64,000 nucleotides of DNA from Polyangiaceae bacterium. GTDB taxonomy: Bacteria > Myxococcota_A > Polyangia > Polyangiales > Polyangiaceae. Numbering within the stretch: position 1 is the stretch's first letter; each line of letters begins with the position of its first letter. Made by a program: the position numbers and the translations under genes. Positions 29,927 through 39,163 of the stretch are shown piece after piece. The stretch is taken from contig CBDCTZ010000016.1 in NCBI GenBank assembly GCA_965222375.1, forward strand, positions 2,976,001 through 3,040,000. Reading direction: 5' to 3'. Under the pieces are notes generated by a model. The model was not told where the DNA came from and made no database searches. It was given only the letters and a program-made list of their open reading frames with translations.

Positions 29927-30143
29927 AGTTTCAGCCCTCCCGAGCGCAATTCCCTTTTCGCGCTCTTTATGGATCAACGGCGCCCTTCGCTGCAGCTTGA
30001 GGGTTCTTAGATGAGGCACGGCCGAGGCGAGAGCCGTGGATCTGAGCTCACCCTGGCTTTCGTTATAACGCGGCGCGGCATACGCAATCGCGGGTCTTTT
30101 CCGTTGACGGTGGTCGGGTTGGCGACTAAAAAACTTCCGCAAC

Positions 30144-30174
30144 GTCACCCTTACCCATACGTAAGGGTTATACT
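30144..30174 (+). promoter_or_regulatory. MerR-type operator palindrome abutting a -10 box
   Basis: ACCCTTAC-N6-GTAAGGGT (30147-30168) followed directly by TATACT (30169-30174); weak -35 GTCACC at 19-bp spacing. Confidence 0.7.
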
Positions 30175-30181
30175 TTTGGAA

Positions 30182-30712
30182 GTGACCACGAAACGCCAAC
30201 TCGAGTTGCTGCCGGAAGGCGGATCCCAGGTGTCGGAGCCGGGGGAGGAGCTGATGCTCGTAGGTGAGCTGGCCAAGGCAGCCGGCAAGACCGTGCGGGC
30301 CATCCACCTGTACGAGAACCTCGGCCTGCTCAAGCCGCAAGACCGATCCAAGGGCCGCTACCGGTTGTTCGGCCCCGACGCTCTGCTTCGTGCGCGGTGG
30401 ATCGTCAAACTGCAGAGCCTCGGACTATCCCTTTCAGATATTCAAGAAGTAGTCCGTGGGCAGACGGGAGCAGATTCCGCGTTGTTCGCAGCGGCCCGGT
30501 TGCGCGAAGTCTACGTCCGAAAGCTCCAGGAGACCCGGGACAAGCTTGCGGAGCTCCAGGCTCTGGAACGGGAGCTGGAGCAGAGTCTGAACTACCTCGG
30601 GGATTGCGACTCGCATTGCGAGCCCGCAGTTCCCACTGCTGGTTGCTCGAGTTGCGACCGTCATGAAAGCAACGCTGCGCCTGAGCTTATCGCGGGCGCC
30701 CAAGCTCACTGA
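30182..30712 (+). CDS. MerR-family regulator with C-terminal Cys cluster
   Basis: [42 protein letters not shown]-x8-CSSC. Start GTG 30182 or ATG 30254. Confidence 0.88.
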   Translation: MTTKRQLELLPEGGSQVSEPGEELMLVGELAKAAGKTVRAIHLYENLGLLKPQDRSKGRYRLFGPDALLRARWIVKLQSLGLSLSDIQEVVRGQTGADSALFAAARLREVYVRKLQETRDKLAELQALERELEQSLNYLGDCDSHCEPAVPTAGCSSCDRHESNAAPELIAGAQAH

Positions 30713-30720
30713 GACACCCT

Positions 30721-31941
30721 ATGTCCCTCAAGCTCCCGATCTACATGGACTATCACGCTACGACCCCGGTGGACCCGCGGGTTGTCGAGGCCATGTTGCC
30801 CCATTTCACGACGCAATTCGGCAACGCGGCAAGTCGCACCCACCGCTTTGGCTGGGAGGCCGAGGCCGTCGTCGAAGACTCCCGAGAAACCATTGGGGAT
30901 TTGATCGGTGCAGACGCGAAAGAGATCGTCTTCACGTCTGGCGCGACGGAAAGCGACAACCTCGCGATCAAAGGTGTCGCGGAGTACTACGAGCGCCGGG
31001 GCAAGCACATCGTCACCACGCAGATCGAACACAAGGCGGTGTTGGATTCCTGCAAGCGCTTGGAGAAGCAGGGCTACGAGGTGACGTACGTGCCGGCGGG
31101 CACCGACGGCATCGTCGACCCTGACGACATCAAGAACGCTCTGACCGACAAGACCGTGCTGGTGAGCGTCATGCTTGCCAACAACGAGGTCGGAACGATC
31201 CAGCCCATTGCTGAAATCGGCAAGATCACGCGAGAGCGCGGCGTGTTGCTGCATTGCGACGCTGTTCAGGGCATTGGCAAGACGCCCTTCGACGTGAAAG
31301 CCATGAACGTGGACTTGGCGTCCATCACCGCGCACAAGATCTACGGGCCGAAGGGGGTGGGCGCGCTCTACGTGCGGCGCAGCAAGCCGCGCGTGCGACT
31401 CGTGGCTCAGATAGATGGTGGCGGGCATGAGCGCGGGATGCGCTCGGGAACCCTGAACGTCCCGGGCGTCGTCGGCTTGGCCAAGGCCTGCGAGATCATG
31501 AAGAGAGAAGGCGCTCAGGATGCCGAGCGCATCGGCAAGTTGCGTGACTCTCTGCACCGGCAGCTGTTGAAGGAGCTCGATGAAGCCATATTGAATGGCC
31601 ACCCTGACAATCGCCTATGTGGCAACCTGAACGTTTCCTTTGCCTTCGTCGAGGGTGAGGGGTTGATGATGGCTATCAAGGACGTGGCCGTCTCGAGCGG
31701 CAGCGCCTGTACCAGTGCGAGCCTGGAGCCGAGCTACGTGTTGCGCAGCATGGGGCTCGACGAGGACTTGGCGCATTCGTCGATTCGATTTGGTCTGGGT
31801 CGTTTCAATACCCAGGAAGAGGTTGATTACGTGGCCGACTTGGTGACAGCCAAGGTCAAGAAGCTCCGCGACATGTCGCCCTTGTACGAGATGCACAAGG
31901 AAGGCGTGGACTTGAAGAGCATCGAGTGGGCCGCCCACTGA
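30721..31941 (+). CDS. iscS: Cysteine desulfurase IscS
   Basis: [27 protein letters not shown]-terminal SPLYEM...IEWAAH; ISC operon context. Confidence 0.96.
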   Translation: MSLKLPIYMDYHATTPVDPRVVEAMLPHFTTQFGNAASRTHRFGWEAEAVVEDSRETIGDLIGADAKEIVFTSGATESDNLAIKGVAEYYERRGKHIVTTQIEHKAVLDSCKRLEKQGYEVTYVPAGTDGIVDPDDIKNALTDKTVLVSVMLANNEVGTIQPIAEIGKITRERGVLLHCDAVQGIGKTPFDVKAMNVDLASITAHKIYGPKGVGALYVRRSKPRVRLVAQIDGGGHERGMRSGTLNVPGVVGLAKACEIMKREGAQDAERIGKLRDSLHRQLLKELDEAILNGHPDNRLCGNLNVSFAFVEGEGLMMAIKDVAVSSGSACTSASLEPSYVLRSMGLDEDLAHSSIRFGLGRFNTQEEVDYVADLVTAKVKKLRDMSPLYEMHKEGVDLKSIEWAAH

Positions 31942-31957
31942 AATACGAGGAACGACC

Positions 31958-32398
31958 ATGGCGTATAGCGACAAAGTCATCGAGCACTACGAAAACCCAA
32001 AGAACGTTGGCACCTTGGACAAGGGCGCGGACAACGTCGGCACCGGTCTGGTTGGAGCGCCCGCCTGCGGTGACGTGATGCGTCTGCAAATTCAGGTCAG
32101 TGATGACGGCGTGATTGAGGACGCCCGCTTCAAGACCTTTGGCTGTGGCTCGGCCATCGCCTCCAGCTCACTGGCAACCGAGTGGATCAAAGGTAAGACC
32201 GTCGACGAGGCGGCAGGCATAAAGAACAGCCAGATCGCCGAGGAGTTGAACCTGCCGCCGGTGAAGATTCACTGCTCCGTGTTGGCCGAGGACGCCATCA
32301 AGAGCGCCGTGGAGGACTACAAGAAGAAGCGCGCAGCCCGCAAGGCGCTGGGCGCTGAGGCCCCCAGCTCGGCGAAAAAGGAAGCAGCTACTCCCTGA
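31958..32398 (+). CDS. iscU: Fe-S scaffold IscU
   Basis: GAPACGD, FGCGSA, LPPVKIHC. Confidence 0.97.
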   Translation: MAYSDKVIEHYENPKNVGTLDKGADNVGTGLVGAPACGDVMRLQIQVSDDGVIEDARFKTFGCGSAIASSSLATEWIKGKTVDEAAGIKNSQIAEELNLPPVKIHCSVLAEDAIKSAVEDYKKKRAARKALGAEAPSSAKKEAATP

Positions 32399-32408
32399 AA
32401 AGACAGCT

Positions 32409-32816
32409 ATGGAACTTTCTGCAACTATGAATGCCGCAGCTCAGACTCCCGCCCCGCCACCGGCTGAAAGCACAGTCGACCGAAAGGGGTTGAACATCAG
32501 TCAGGGCGCCGTGGACTTCGCTCGGACCAAGCTCGACAAGCGTGGGACGCCCGACGCCGCCATTCGACTCGGGATCAAGGGCGGCGGCTGCTCAGGCTTT
32601 TCCTATGTGATTCAGTTCGAAGATGACCCGCCGCGGGAGCGGGATCGCACCTACGAGTTGGATGGCGTGCGTTTCATCGTGGACAAGAAGAGCCTCGTGT
32701 ACTTGGCGGGCGCCCTGCTGGACTACGAGAAGACCCTGATGTTCCAGGGATTCAAGTTCCGCAATCCCAACGAAGCCGCGAGCTGTGGCTGTGGGCACTC
32801 GTTTACCGTGCGCTGA
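32409..32816 (+). CDS. iscA: A-type Fe-S carrier
   Basis: GGCSG...CGCGHSF. Confidence 0.93.
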   Translation: MELSATMNAAAQTPAPPPAESTVDRKGLNISQGAVDFARTKLDKRGTPDAAIRLGIKGGGCSGFSYVIQFEDDPPRERDRTYELDGVRFIVDKKSLVYLAGALLDYEKTLMFQGFKFRNPNEAASCGCGHSFTVR

Positions 32817-32835
32817 AGTGCACGCCTGAGTCTCA

Positions 32836-33360
32836 GTGGCCTCGGATCCGTTCGAAACGCTCGGCATCGACCCGTGCTTCGACGTCGACATGGAGCAATT
32901 GCAGGTTCGCCACCGCGAGTTGAGCCGCGCGCTGCATCCGGATCGCCATGCTGGCAAGACCCCTGCGGAGCGACGTCACGCCCTTGGAAAAGCCATTGAG
33001 GTCAACGATGCGTTCCGGCAATTGAAGAATCCGCTGACGCGGGGGCGGGCGCTGCTGGCCAGGTTGGGGCACGCGTTGGAAGAGGGCCAAGAAGCCAAGC
33101 CGCCCGCAGAGCTCCTGATGGACATGATGGAGCTGCGCGAAGCGTTGGCGGAGGTTCGCGATTCCCGTGACCAGCAGGCCCTCGCGCTTCTCTCGCAGAA
33201 GATCGAGTCTCGTCAGAAGCAGGCCATTGCCGCTCTAACGCAAGCTTTCGCAGCGGCGGAACGAGTTGACGCACCCAAGGCTGAGGAAATCCTGAGCGAG
33301 CTGCGCTACTACGCGCGCTTCTTGGAAGAGGCTAGCGCAATCGCTGACGAAATGCTCTGA
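32836..33360 (+). CDS. hscB: Fe-S co-chaperone HscB
   Basis: J-domain [12 protein letters not shown]; operon position. Confidence 0.92.
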   Translation: MASDPFETLGIDPCFDVDMEQLQVRHRELSRALHPDRHAGKTPAERRHALGKAIEVNDAFRQLKNPLTRGRALLARLGHALEEGQEAKPPAELLMDMMELREALAEVRDSRDQQALALLSQKIESRQKQAIAALTQAFAAAERVDAPKAEEILSELRYYARFLEEASAIADEML

Positions 33361-33376
33361 GAGCCGGTGTGGACTG

Positions 33377-35320
33377 ATGCTGCTAGATATCTTTGATCCC
33401 AAAGCGCCCCCGAAATCCGTGGGTATCGACCTCGGCACGACGCATTCGATCATCGCGAGCACTCGGGACGAGCGTCCTGTTGCCCTGACCACCTGTGACG
33501 GCACCGCGTTGTTACCGAGCGTCGTTTACTACGGTGACGCCGGCAACGTCATGGTGGGGCAAGTGGCCAAGAGCTACGCAACCCGCGAGCCCGAGCGCAC
33601 GCTCATCAGTGTCAAGCGCTTCATGGGCCGAGGTGCTGGCGACGCAGAAACGCGGAAGCTCGGCGCCTACAAGTTTGCCGAGCCCGAGACTGACGCTGAT
33701 GCCAAAGTAGTGCGCTTCAGCGTTGGAGATCGCAGCGTGACCCCTGTGGAGGCGAGCAGCGAAATACTGAAGAGCCTGAAACAGAGTGCCGTGGATCAGC
33801 TGAACGCCGTGGGCGGCTGTGTCATCACCGTGCCAGCCTATTTCGACGATGCGCAGCGCCAGGCGACCAGAGATGCAGGTCGGCTCGCTGGGCTTCACGT
33901 GCTGCGATTGCTCAACGAGCCGACCGCGGCAGCCCTCGCCTACGGGCTCGAGAAGAAGCAGGACGGGCTGTTCGCTGTCTACGACCTTGGAGGCGGAACT
34001 TTCGATATCACCATCTTGCTCTTGGATGACGGTATCTTTCAGGTCAAGAGTACGGGAGGCGACAGTGCGTTGGGTGGGGACGACATGGATCGTCTCGTTG
34101 CCGAAGAGATGCTGGTAGCCATGGGTTGCGCCAGTGCAGAGTTGCACACACCGGAGCTCGTCAGCCTGGCTCTGGATGCCGCGCGCCAGGCAAAACACGC
34201 ACTGTCCGAAAAGGCAGTCGTTGAAGTCAGTCTGCCCAAGCGCGGGGGCGGCGACGTGATCTATCGAATCGAGCGCCCCCACTTCGACGAACTCATCGCC
34301 CCTTTGCTCGAACGGACGGGCCGGGCCGCGCGCCGAGCCCTGCGCGACGCAGAGCTCTCGGCAGCGGAGGTCGATGGCGTCATTCTCGTAGGCGGCTCCA
34401 CGCGCGTGCCGCGGGTCCGTGAGTTCGTTCAAGGGGTCTTTGGCAAGCCGCCCCTCGCGGACATCGATCCAGATCTCGTGGTGGCCTACGGCGCAGCGAT
34501 TCAAGCGGAACTGCTGTCCAGCGAAAGTGACGAGGTGTTGCTCCTGGACGTTCTGCCCCTTTCCCTCGGCATAGAGACCATGGGCGGTGCTGTGGACAAG
34601 ATCCTACCCCGCAACACCACGATCCCCGCGGGCGCAAAAGCCGCTTTCACGACCTACGCGGACAACCAAACGGGATTCGATCTGCACGTGCTGCAGGGTG
34701 AGCGCGAGCTGGCCAAAGACTGTCGCTCGTTGGCTCGCTTTGTCCTCAAAGGCATTCCGCCCATGCCTGCGGGCATGGCGCGGCTGGAGGTCGAGTTCTT
34801 CGTCGACGAAAACAACCTGCTCAAGGTCGAGGCGCGGGAGCTGACGACTGGCATCAGTCAGCAGATCGAGGTGCAACCCAGTTATGGCCTCAGTGACGAT
34901 GAAGTCGAGCAGATGCTCATCGATGCTCTGGATCACGGAGAGGAAGACCTGGATGCGCGTCGGCTGACCGAGGCTCGCGTCGAGGGCGAGCGTATGCTGC
35001 TTGCCACCAAGAAATCCCTCGAGGGCGAAACCGGGGATCTGTTGAGCACCGAGGAACGCCATCGCATCGAGTTTGCCGCGGCGGACTTGAATCGTGCCAT
35101 TCAAGAGGCGACCAAGCCGGGGCAAATTCAGCTGCGGATCGACGCCTTGGACGATGCAACTCATGAGTGGGCCGGTCGTCGAATGAACCGCGCCATCGTG
35201 GGGGCAATTGGAGGCAAGGTCTTGGGGGATGTCGAGAAAAGCGTCGAGCATGCTGACGGCGTAGAAGCTCACTTGCGCGCCCACGGACATCTGGATACAG
35301 AGGCGGGCACTGATGGCTAA
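33377..35320 (+). CDS. hscA: Fe-S chaperone HscA (Hsp70 family)
   Basis: [27 protein letters not shown]; operon position. Confidence 0.93.
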   Translation: MLLDIFDPKAPPKSVGIDLGTTHSIIASTRDERPVALTTCDGTALLPSVVYYGDAGNVMVGQVAKSYATREPERTLISVKRFMGRGAGDAETRKLGAYKFAEPETDADAKVVRFSVGDRSVTPVEASSEILKSLKQSAVDQLNAVGGCVITVPAYFDDAQRQATRDAGRLAGLHVLRLLNEPTAAALAYGLEKKQDGLFAVYDLGGGTFDITILLLDDGIFQVKSTGGDSALGGDDMDRLVAEEMLVAMGCASAELHTPELVSLALDAARQAKHALSEKAVVEVSLPKRGGGDVIYRIERPHFDELIAPLLERTGRAARRALRDAELSAAEVDGVILVGGSTRVPRVREFVQGVFGKPPLADIDPDLVVAYGAAIQAELLSSESDEVLLLDVLPLSLGIETMGGAVDKILPRNTTIPAGAKAAFTTYADNQTGFDLHVLQGERELAKDCRSLARFVLKGIPPMPAGMARLEVEFFVDENNLLKVEARELTTGISQQIEVQPSYGLSDDEVEQMLIDALDHGEEDLDARRLTEARVEGERMLLATKKSLEGETGDLLSTEERHRIEFAAADLNRAIQEATKPGQIQLRIDALDDATHEWAGRRMNRAIVGAIGGKVLGDVEKSVEHADGVEAHLRAHGHLDTEAGTDG

Positions 35321-35657
35321 GGTGCGCTTCGTCGATCAAGGATTGGAAGCGGAGGTGCCGGTGGGCAGCTCCTTGCTCGAAGCGGCGCAGGCCATCCACG
35401 CGCCCGAGGGCCACGCCTGCGGTGGTGTCTGTGCCTGCTCCACCTGCCACGTGTACGTGGATGAAGGCCGCGAGCTGCTCAGTGAAGCGGAAGAAGACGA
35501 GGAGGACATCCTCGACAAGGCCTTCGACGTTCGAGAAAACTCGCGTCTGGGCTGTCAGGCAAAGATCCAGCGCGAGGGCGTGGTGGCTATTCGGATCTCG
35601 CCGGAGAGCCTGGACGCCTACTATAATGAACACCCGGACGTGCCCCGGCCCGAATGA
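35313..35657 (+). CDS. fdx: ISC [2Fe-2S] ferredoxin
   Basis: [13 protein letters not shown]...SRLGCQ. Confidence 0.93.
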   Translation: MAKVRFVDQGLEAEVPVGSSLLEAAQAIHAPEGHACGGVCACSTCHVYVDEGRELLSEAEEDEEDILDKAFDVRENSRLGCQAKIQREGVVAIRISPESLDAYYNEHPDVPRPE

Positions 35658-35908
35658 GCCGTCTGTTCGCTTCCGCCGGGAATGCGCGACCGCGGGCCAG
35701 GGCTACCTGGGGTATTTCAGCCAGGCCTACAATTCAGCTCTGTTGAAAACCCAATCCCTCCAAAAGACTCGGCACGAGCTTCGCAAGGCAGTGGCAACAG
35801 ATGCGGGCCTGGTCGCGCATGGAAGCGCCACCCCTACGGGACAACCGCCGCGAATCTAGCGGCTTTATCACGCTTGGTGCGAAGCAGGGCGGCGCTTATC
35901 GAAGTGGT

Positions 35909-35956
35909 GGTGTCAAACCGCTGACCCTGATCGCGCTGACAGGTGTCAAAGCGCTG
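35909..35956 (+). promoter_or_regulatory. Direct repeat, candidate transcription-factor site
   Basis: GGTGTCAAACCGCTG (35909) and GGTGTCAAAGCGCTG (35942), 33-bp period, upstream of the OmpA gene. Confidence 0.4.
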
Positions 35957-36018
35957 GTGCGTAGCAACGCACCCACAACGTCGCCGTTCTTTGCCGGGTT
36001 GGCAGCGGCATCGCTACG

Positions 36019-37473
36019 ATGTTCACAGCAGTGACTACCTCCCGACACGTGCGCGCGTTGGCCGCGCTTTCCTGTAGTGCGACCCTGGCCACGCTTGCGC
36101 CCGAGGCTTCGGCAGAGGCTCCGCGTTGGCACGGCACGGTGGGTCTTTCCAAAGCGGTCGGGGAGCATCAGGGGGACGAATTCAGCATTGGCGTCGCAGG
36201 CCTGGCAGCCGGAGAGTTGCCGCTTTCACCCGCCCTGGGCGCGCAGCTGGAGCTCGGCGGGCTCTGGTTCAACAAGGCGGAGGATCCCGCCGACCCAAAC
36301 ATCAAGCCCGAGGGCTCCTTCACGAGTGGCCAGCTCGGTCTCGGGCTTCGCGTGCGGCCATTCTATCCAAAATGGGACTACGCGAGCGGCTGGAGTGAGG
36401 CGGGGCTGTGGGCCTCCGCCGCGGGCGGAGTTGCGCTGACGGGTCAGAAGGTGCGACCAAGCCTGGATATTTTCGTGGGCTGGGATCACCTCTGGGCGCG
36501 CGGCGCAAACGGTGTCGGACCGACCATTGGTTACATCCATGTCTTCCAGCCAAACGACGAGATCCGTCCGGCGGACGCCAACATCCTCGTTTTCGGGGTT
36601 CACGGCTTTTTCGGTCAGGGCAAGGCCAGCGTGGACGGCGACCGAGACGGTGACGGTATCAAGGACTCCGTGGACCGCTGCCCAGACGATCGAGAAGACC
36701 CCGATGGTTGGGAGGACGAGGACGGCTGTCCCGAGCTGGACAACGATCGGGACGGCATCGAGGACATCAACGACCAATGTGCCAACGATCCTGAAGACAA
36801 GGATGGTTTCGAAGACACCGACGGCTGTCCGGACCGCGACAACGACCAAGACGCCATCTTGGACGGAGACGACAAATGTCCGAACGATCCGGAAGATCGC
36901 GACGGATTCGAAGACAAGGACGGCTGCCCCGACAAGGACAATGACCAGGACGGCATCCCGGACGCGGAGGACAAGTGCCCGGATGAGCCTGAAGTCAAAA
37001 ACGGCTACGCGGACGAGGATGGCTGTCCCGATGCCAAGAAAGTGCGCGTAGTCGGTGACAAGATCCTTCTCGACGATCGCGTTCACTTCTGGGTCAACAG
37101 CGCCAAGTTGCGGCCGGTGAGTTACCCACTGCTTGAACGCGTCGCGAAGCTCATTCGTGAGAACCCCACCTGGGTTCATGTGGAGGTGCAGGGGCACACC
37201 GATGCGCGCGGTAAGGAATGGTTCAATCAGAAGCTCTCCCAAGACCGGGCTCAATCCGTGGCGAACTTCTTGGCCACGAAAGGCCTGAAAAAGAAGCGCC
37301 TTTCTGCGAAAGGCTTTGGCAGCAGCCAGCCAGCGGTGGACAAGTCCAACGAGCGGGCGTGGTTCTTGAACCGCCGCGTGGAGTTCCAGATTACCCGAGA
37401 AGTCAAAGTGCAGCCGGGAGCGCCTGCGCCTGGCGCCGCTTCGGGCCAGACTAAGCCAGGAGCCGCCAAGTGA
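36019..37473 (+). CDS. OmpA-family outer membrane protein with thrombospondin type-3 Ca-binding repeats
   Basis: Signal peptide, barrel-like N-terminus, repeated DxDxDG...D.CP...EDxDG.ED.DGCP, and OmpA_C GHTD...NQKLSQDRA...NRRVEF. Confidence 0.92.
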   Translation: MFTAVTTSRHVRALAALSCSATLATLAPEASAEAPRWHGTVGLSKAVGEHQGDEFSIGVAGLAAGELPLSPALGAQLELGGLWFNKAEDPADPNIKPEGSFTSGQLGLGLRVRPFYPKWDYASGWSEAGLWASAAGGVALTGQKVRPSLDIFVGWDHLWARGANGVGPTIGYIHVFQPNDEIRPADANILVFGVHGFFGQGKASVDGDRDGDGIKDSVDRCPDDREDPDGWEDEDGCPELDNDRDGIEDINDQCANDPEDKDGFEDTDGCPDRDNDQDAILDGDDKCPNDPEDRDGFEDKDGCPDKDNDQDGIPDAEDKCPDEPEVKNGYADEDGCPDAKKVRVVGDKILLDDRVHFWVNSAKLRPVSYPLLERVAKLIRENPTWVHVEVQGHTDARGKEWFNQKLSQDRAQSVANFLATKGLKKKRLSAKGFGSSQPAVDKSNERAWFLNRRVEFQITREVKVQPGAPAPGAASGQTKPGAAK

Positions 37474-38723
37474 TACGGACCCGCACCTTGATTCGCAGTC
37501 TGCTCGCCGTGGGCATGGGCGTCGCCCTGTCGGCTTCCTGCACCTCCGGCGGCGTGGTGGGCGGCGAGTGCCGAGATGGGCTGACGATTTGCTCCGGAGC
37601 ATGTGCCGACTTGGCACGAGACGAAAAGAATTGTGGAAGCTGCGGCAATGTCTGCCCGGACGGTGTGTTCTGTTTCTCGGGCGTCTGCGGTGGCGACGCG
37701 AGCATCGACGCTGGTGATGGTGGTGACGCTGACTCCTACGACGGCAAGGCGGATCGATTTCCGCCAGGGGATGCACAAGGTGACGGCACTACCGGTGATG
37801 GAACCACAGGTGATGGCGGGGATGCTTGCACTCCGCCCTACAACACGGCAGCACAATGTGGAGACTGCTTCACCAAGTGTGTCAGCCCCACGGGGTTATG
37901 CGATTTGGTTGATGGAGGGTTCGCTTGCGTGCCTCTGTGCAACCCGCCCCTCGTGGAGTGCGCGGGCCAGTGCGTCGACACCAATAGCGACCCCCAGAAC
38001 TGTGGCAAGTGCGGCAACGTCTGCCCGAGCGGGATCTGCCAAAGTGGGCAATGCGTCGGCGCTGTGGTGGGACACGTGGTGACGGCGTGCATGAACTACG
38101 CGCAGGCGTTCCAGAACTCGCCCCAAACCCTGCTCTTGGGCAATGCGGTGTTCTTGCCGCTCAAGGATCCAGTTCGCATTTTGGCCTACGAGGAGTTCAC
38201 GCCAGCCAACGTGAAAGCCAAGGTGAATCAGGCTCTGAGTTGGGCTGCCACAGCCAAGACCCGTACTTTCGCTGTGACGGCCGCGCCGACCTCGAACGAC
38301 GTCATCGCCAATCTCAGCGTGCTCAACTACGACACGCTCCTAATCTACGATCAGTCCGGGGCGCCACCGGGGACGCTGGCTGCCATTGGCACGAGCCTCG
38401 CGGGGCCCATCGATCAATTTGCCAAGGCTGGCGGAACCGTCGTGGTGTTGGCCAGTGCGGGCGGTGAGATGCATGAGCTGATCGACAACGCGGGGGTGCT
38501 TCAGGTCAGCGCCTTGACCCAGCAGTCGGGGTTGACCCTCTACAATCGGGCTCCCGGAGACGCCGTGGGGATCAACGTGCTCTCGCCGTTCATCTCTTTG
38601 AACGACACCTGCACGATGACTACGAGTGTTCCGCCAAGCACGAGCAATGTCTTCGTCGTGACGGATGCGCCGGCGCCTGGAGTGGGCAACGTCGTGGTCG
38701 TGCACCGCATTCAAGCACCTTGA
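37470..38723 (+). CDS. Lipoprotein with Cys-rich (Stig1-like) repeats
   Basis: Lipobox-like SASC; repeats D..NCG.CGNVC; GTGA overlap with the OmpA stop. Confidence 0.8.
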   Translation: MIRTRTLIRSLLAVGMGVALSASCTSGGVVGGECRDGLTICSGACADLARDEKNCGSCGNVCPDGVFCFSGVCGGDASIDAGDGGDADSYDGKADRFPPGDAQGDGTTGDGTTGDGGDACTPPYNTAAQCGDCFTKCVSPTGLCDLVDGGFACVPLCNPPLVECAGQCVDTNSDPQNCGKCGNVCPSGICQSGQCVGAVVGHVVTACMNYAQAFQNSPQTLLLGNAVFLPLKDPVRILAYEEFTPANVKAKVNQALSWAATAKTRTFAVTAAPTSNDVIANLSVLNYDTLLIYDQSGAPPGTLAAIGTSLAGPIDQFAKAGGTVVVLASAGGEMHELIDNAGVLQVSALTQQSGLTLYNRAPGDAVGINVLSPFISLNDTCTMTTSVPPSTSNVFVVTDAPAPGVGNVVVVHRIQAP

Positions 38724-38767
38724 GCCGTGCTCGCCCTGGTTAAGGTGCGGCCGCGGAAGCGTGAGGG

Positions 38768-39088
38768 CTAGCTTTCCGGCGAGTAAGGGGCGCTTGCGTC
38801 CGGTGCGTCTGTGGCTTCAGTCACGCGGAACAAGGCTGGCTCGGGCTGGGCAGAGGATGGAAGTGGCGTGCCGGCCTTGCCCCAACGCTTTGGCTCGAAA
38901 ACTCGCTGCCGGAGGCGAACGAAGGCATCAGCGATTCCCGCACCCGCCTCCTTGGCCGCAGCGGTCGACAACATGGCTCGAGCGTGGTCGAGACCGGTCT
39001 TCTTGCCGAGAGGCACGAAGCAAAAACCCAGAGCCGCAAACAGCACCAGAGCCGCTTCGATGACGCGACGACCGAGACGAGTGACCAC
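38768..39088 (-). CDS. Small hypothetical membrane-anchored protein
   Basis: N-terminal hydrophobic segment (FAALGFCFVPLGKKTG); fills the gap between genes. Confidence 0.55.
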   Translation of the reverse strand: MVTRLGRRVIEAALVLFAALGFCFVPLGKKTGLDHARAMLSTAAAKEAGAGIADAFVRLRQRVFEPKRWGKAGTPLPSSAQPEPALFRVTEATDAPDASAPYSPES

Positions 39089-39163
39089 TACCGCGGGATG
39101 CTAGCCCCCGGGTGCCCCAGGACCCCAATTAGCGGCGTGGATTTGGCGACGGGCACAGGATAG

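Noticed and set aside
36630..37035. Periodic repeats as a possible CRISPR array
   Set aside because: They are in-frame thrombospondin type-3 coding repeats with degenerate DNA; there are no unique spacers or cas genes.
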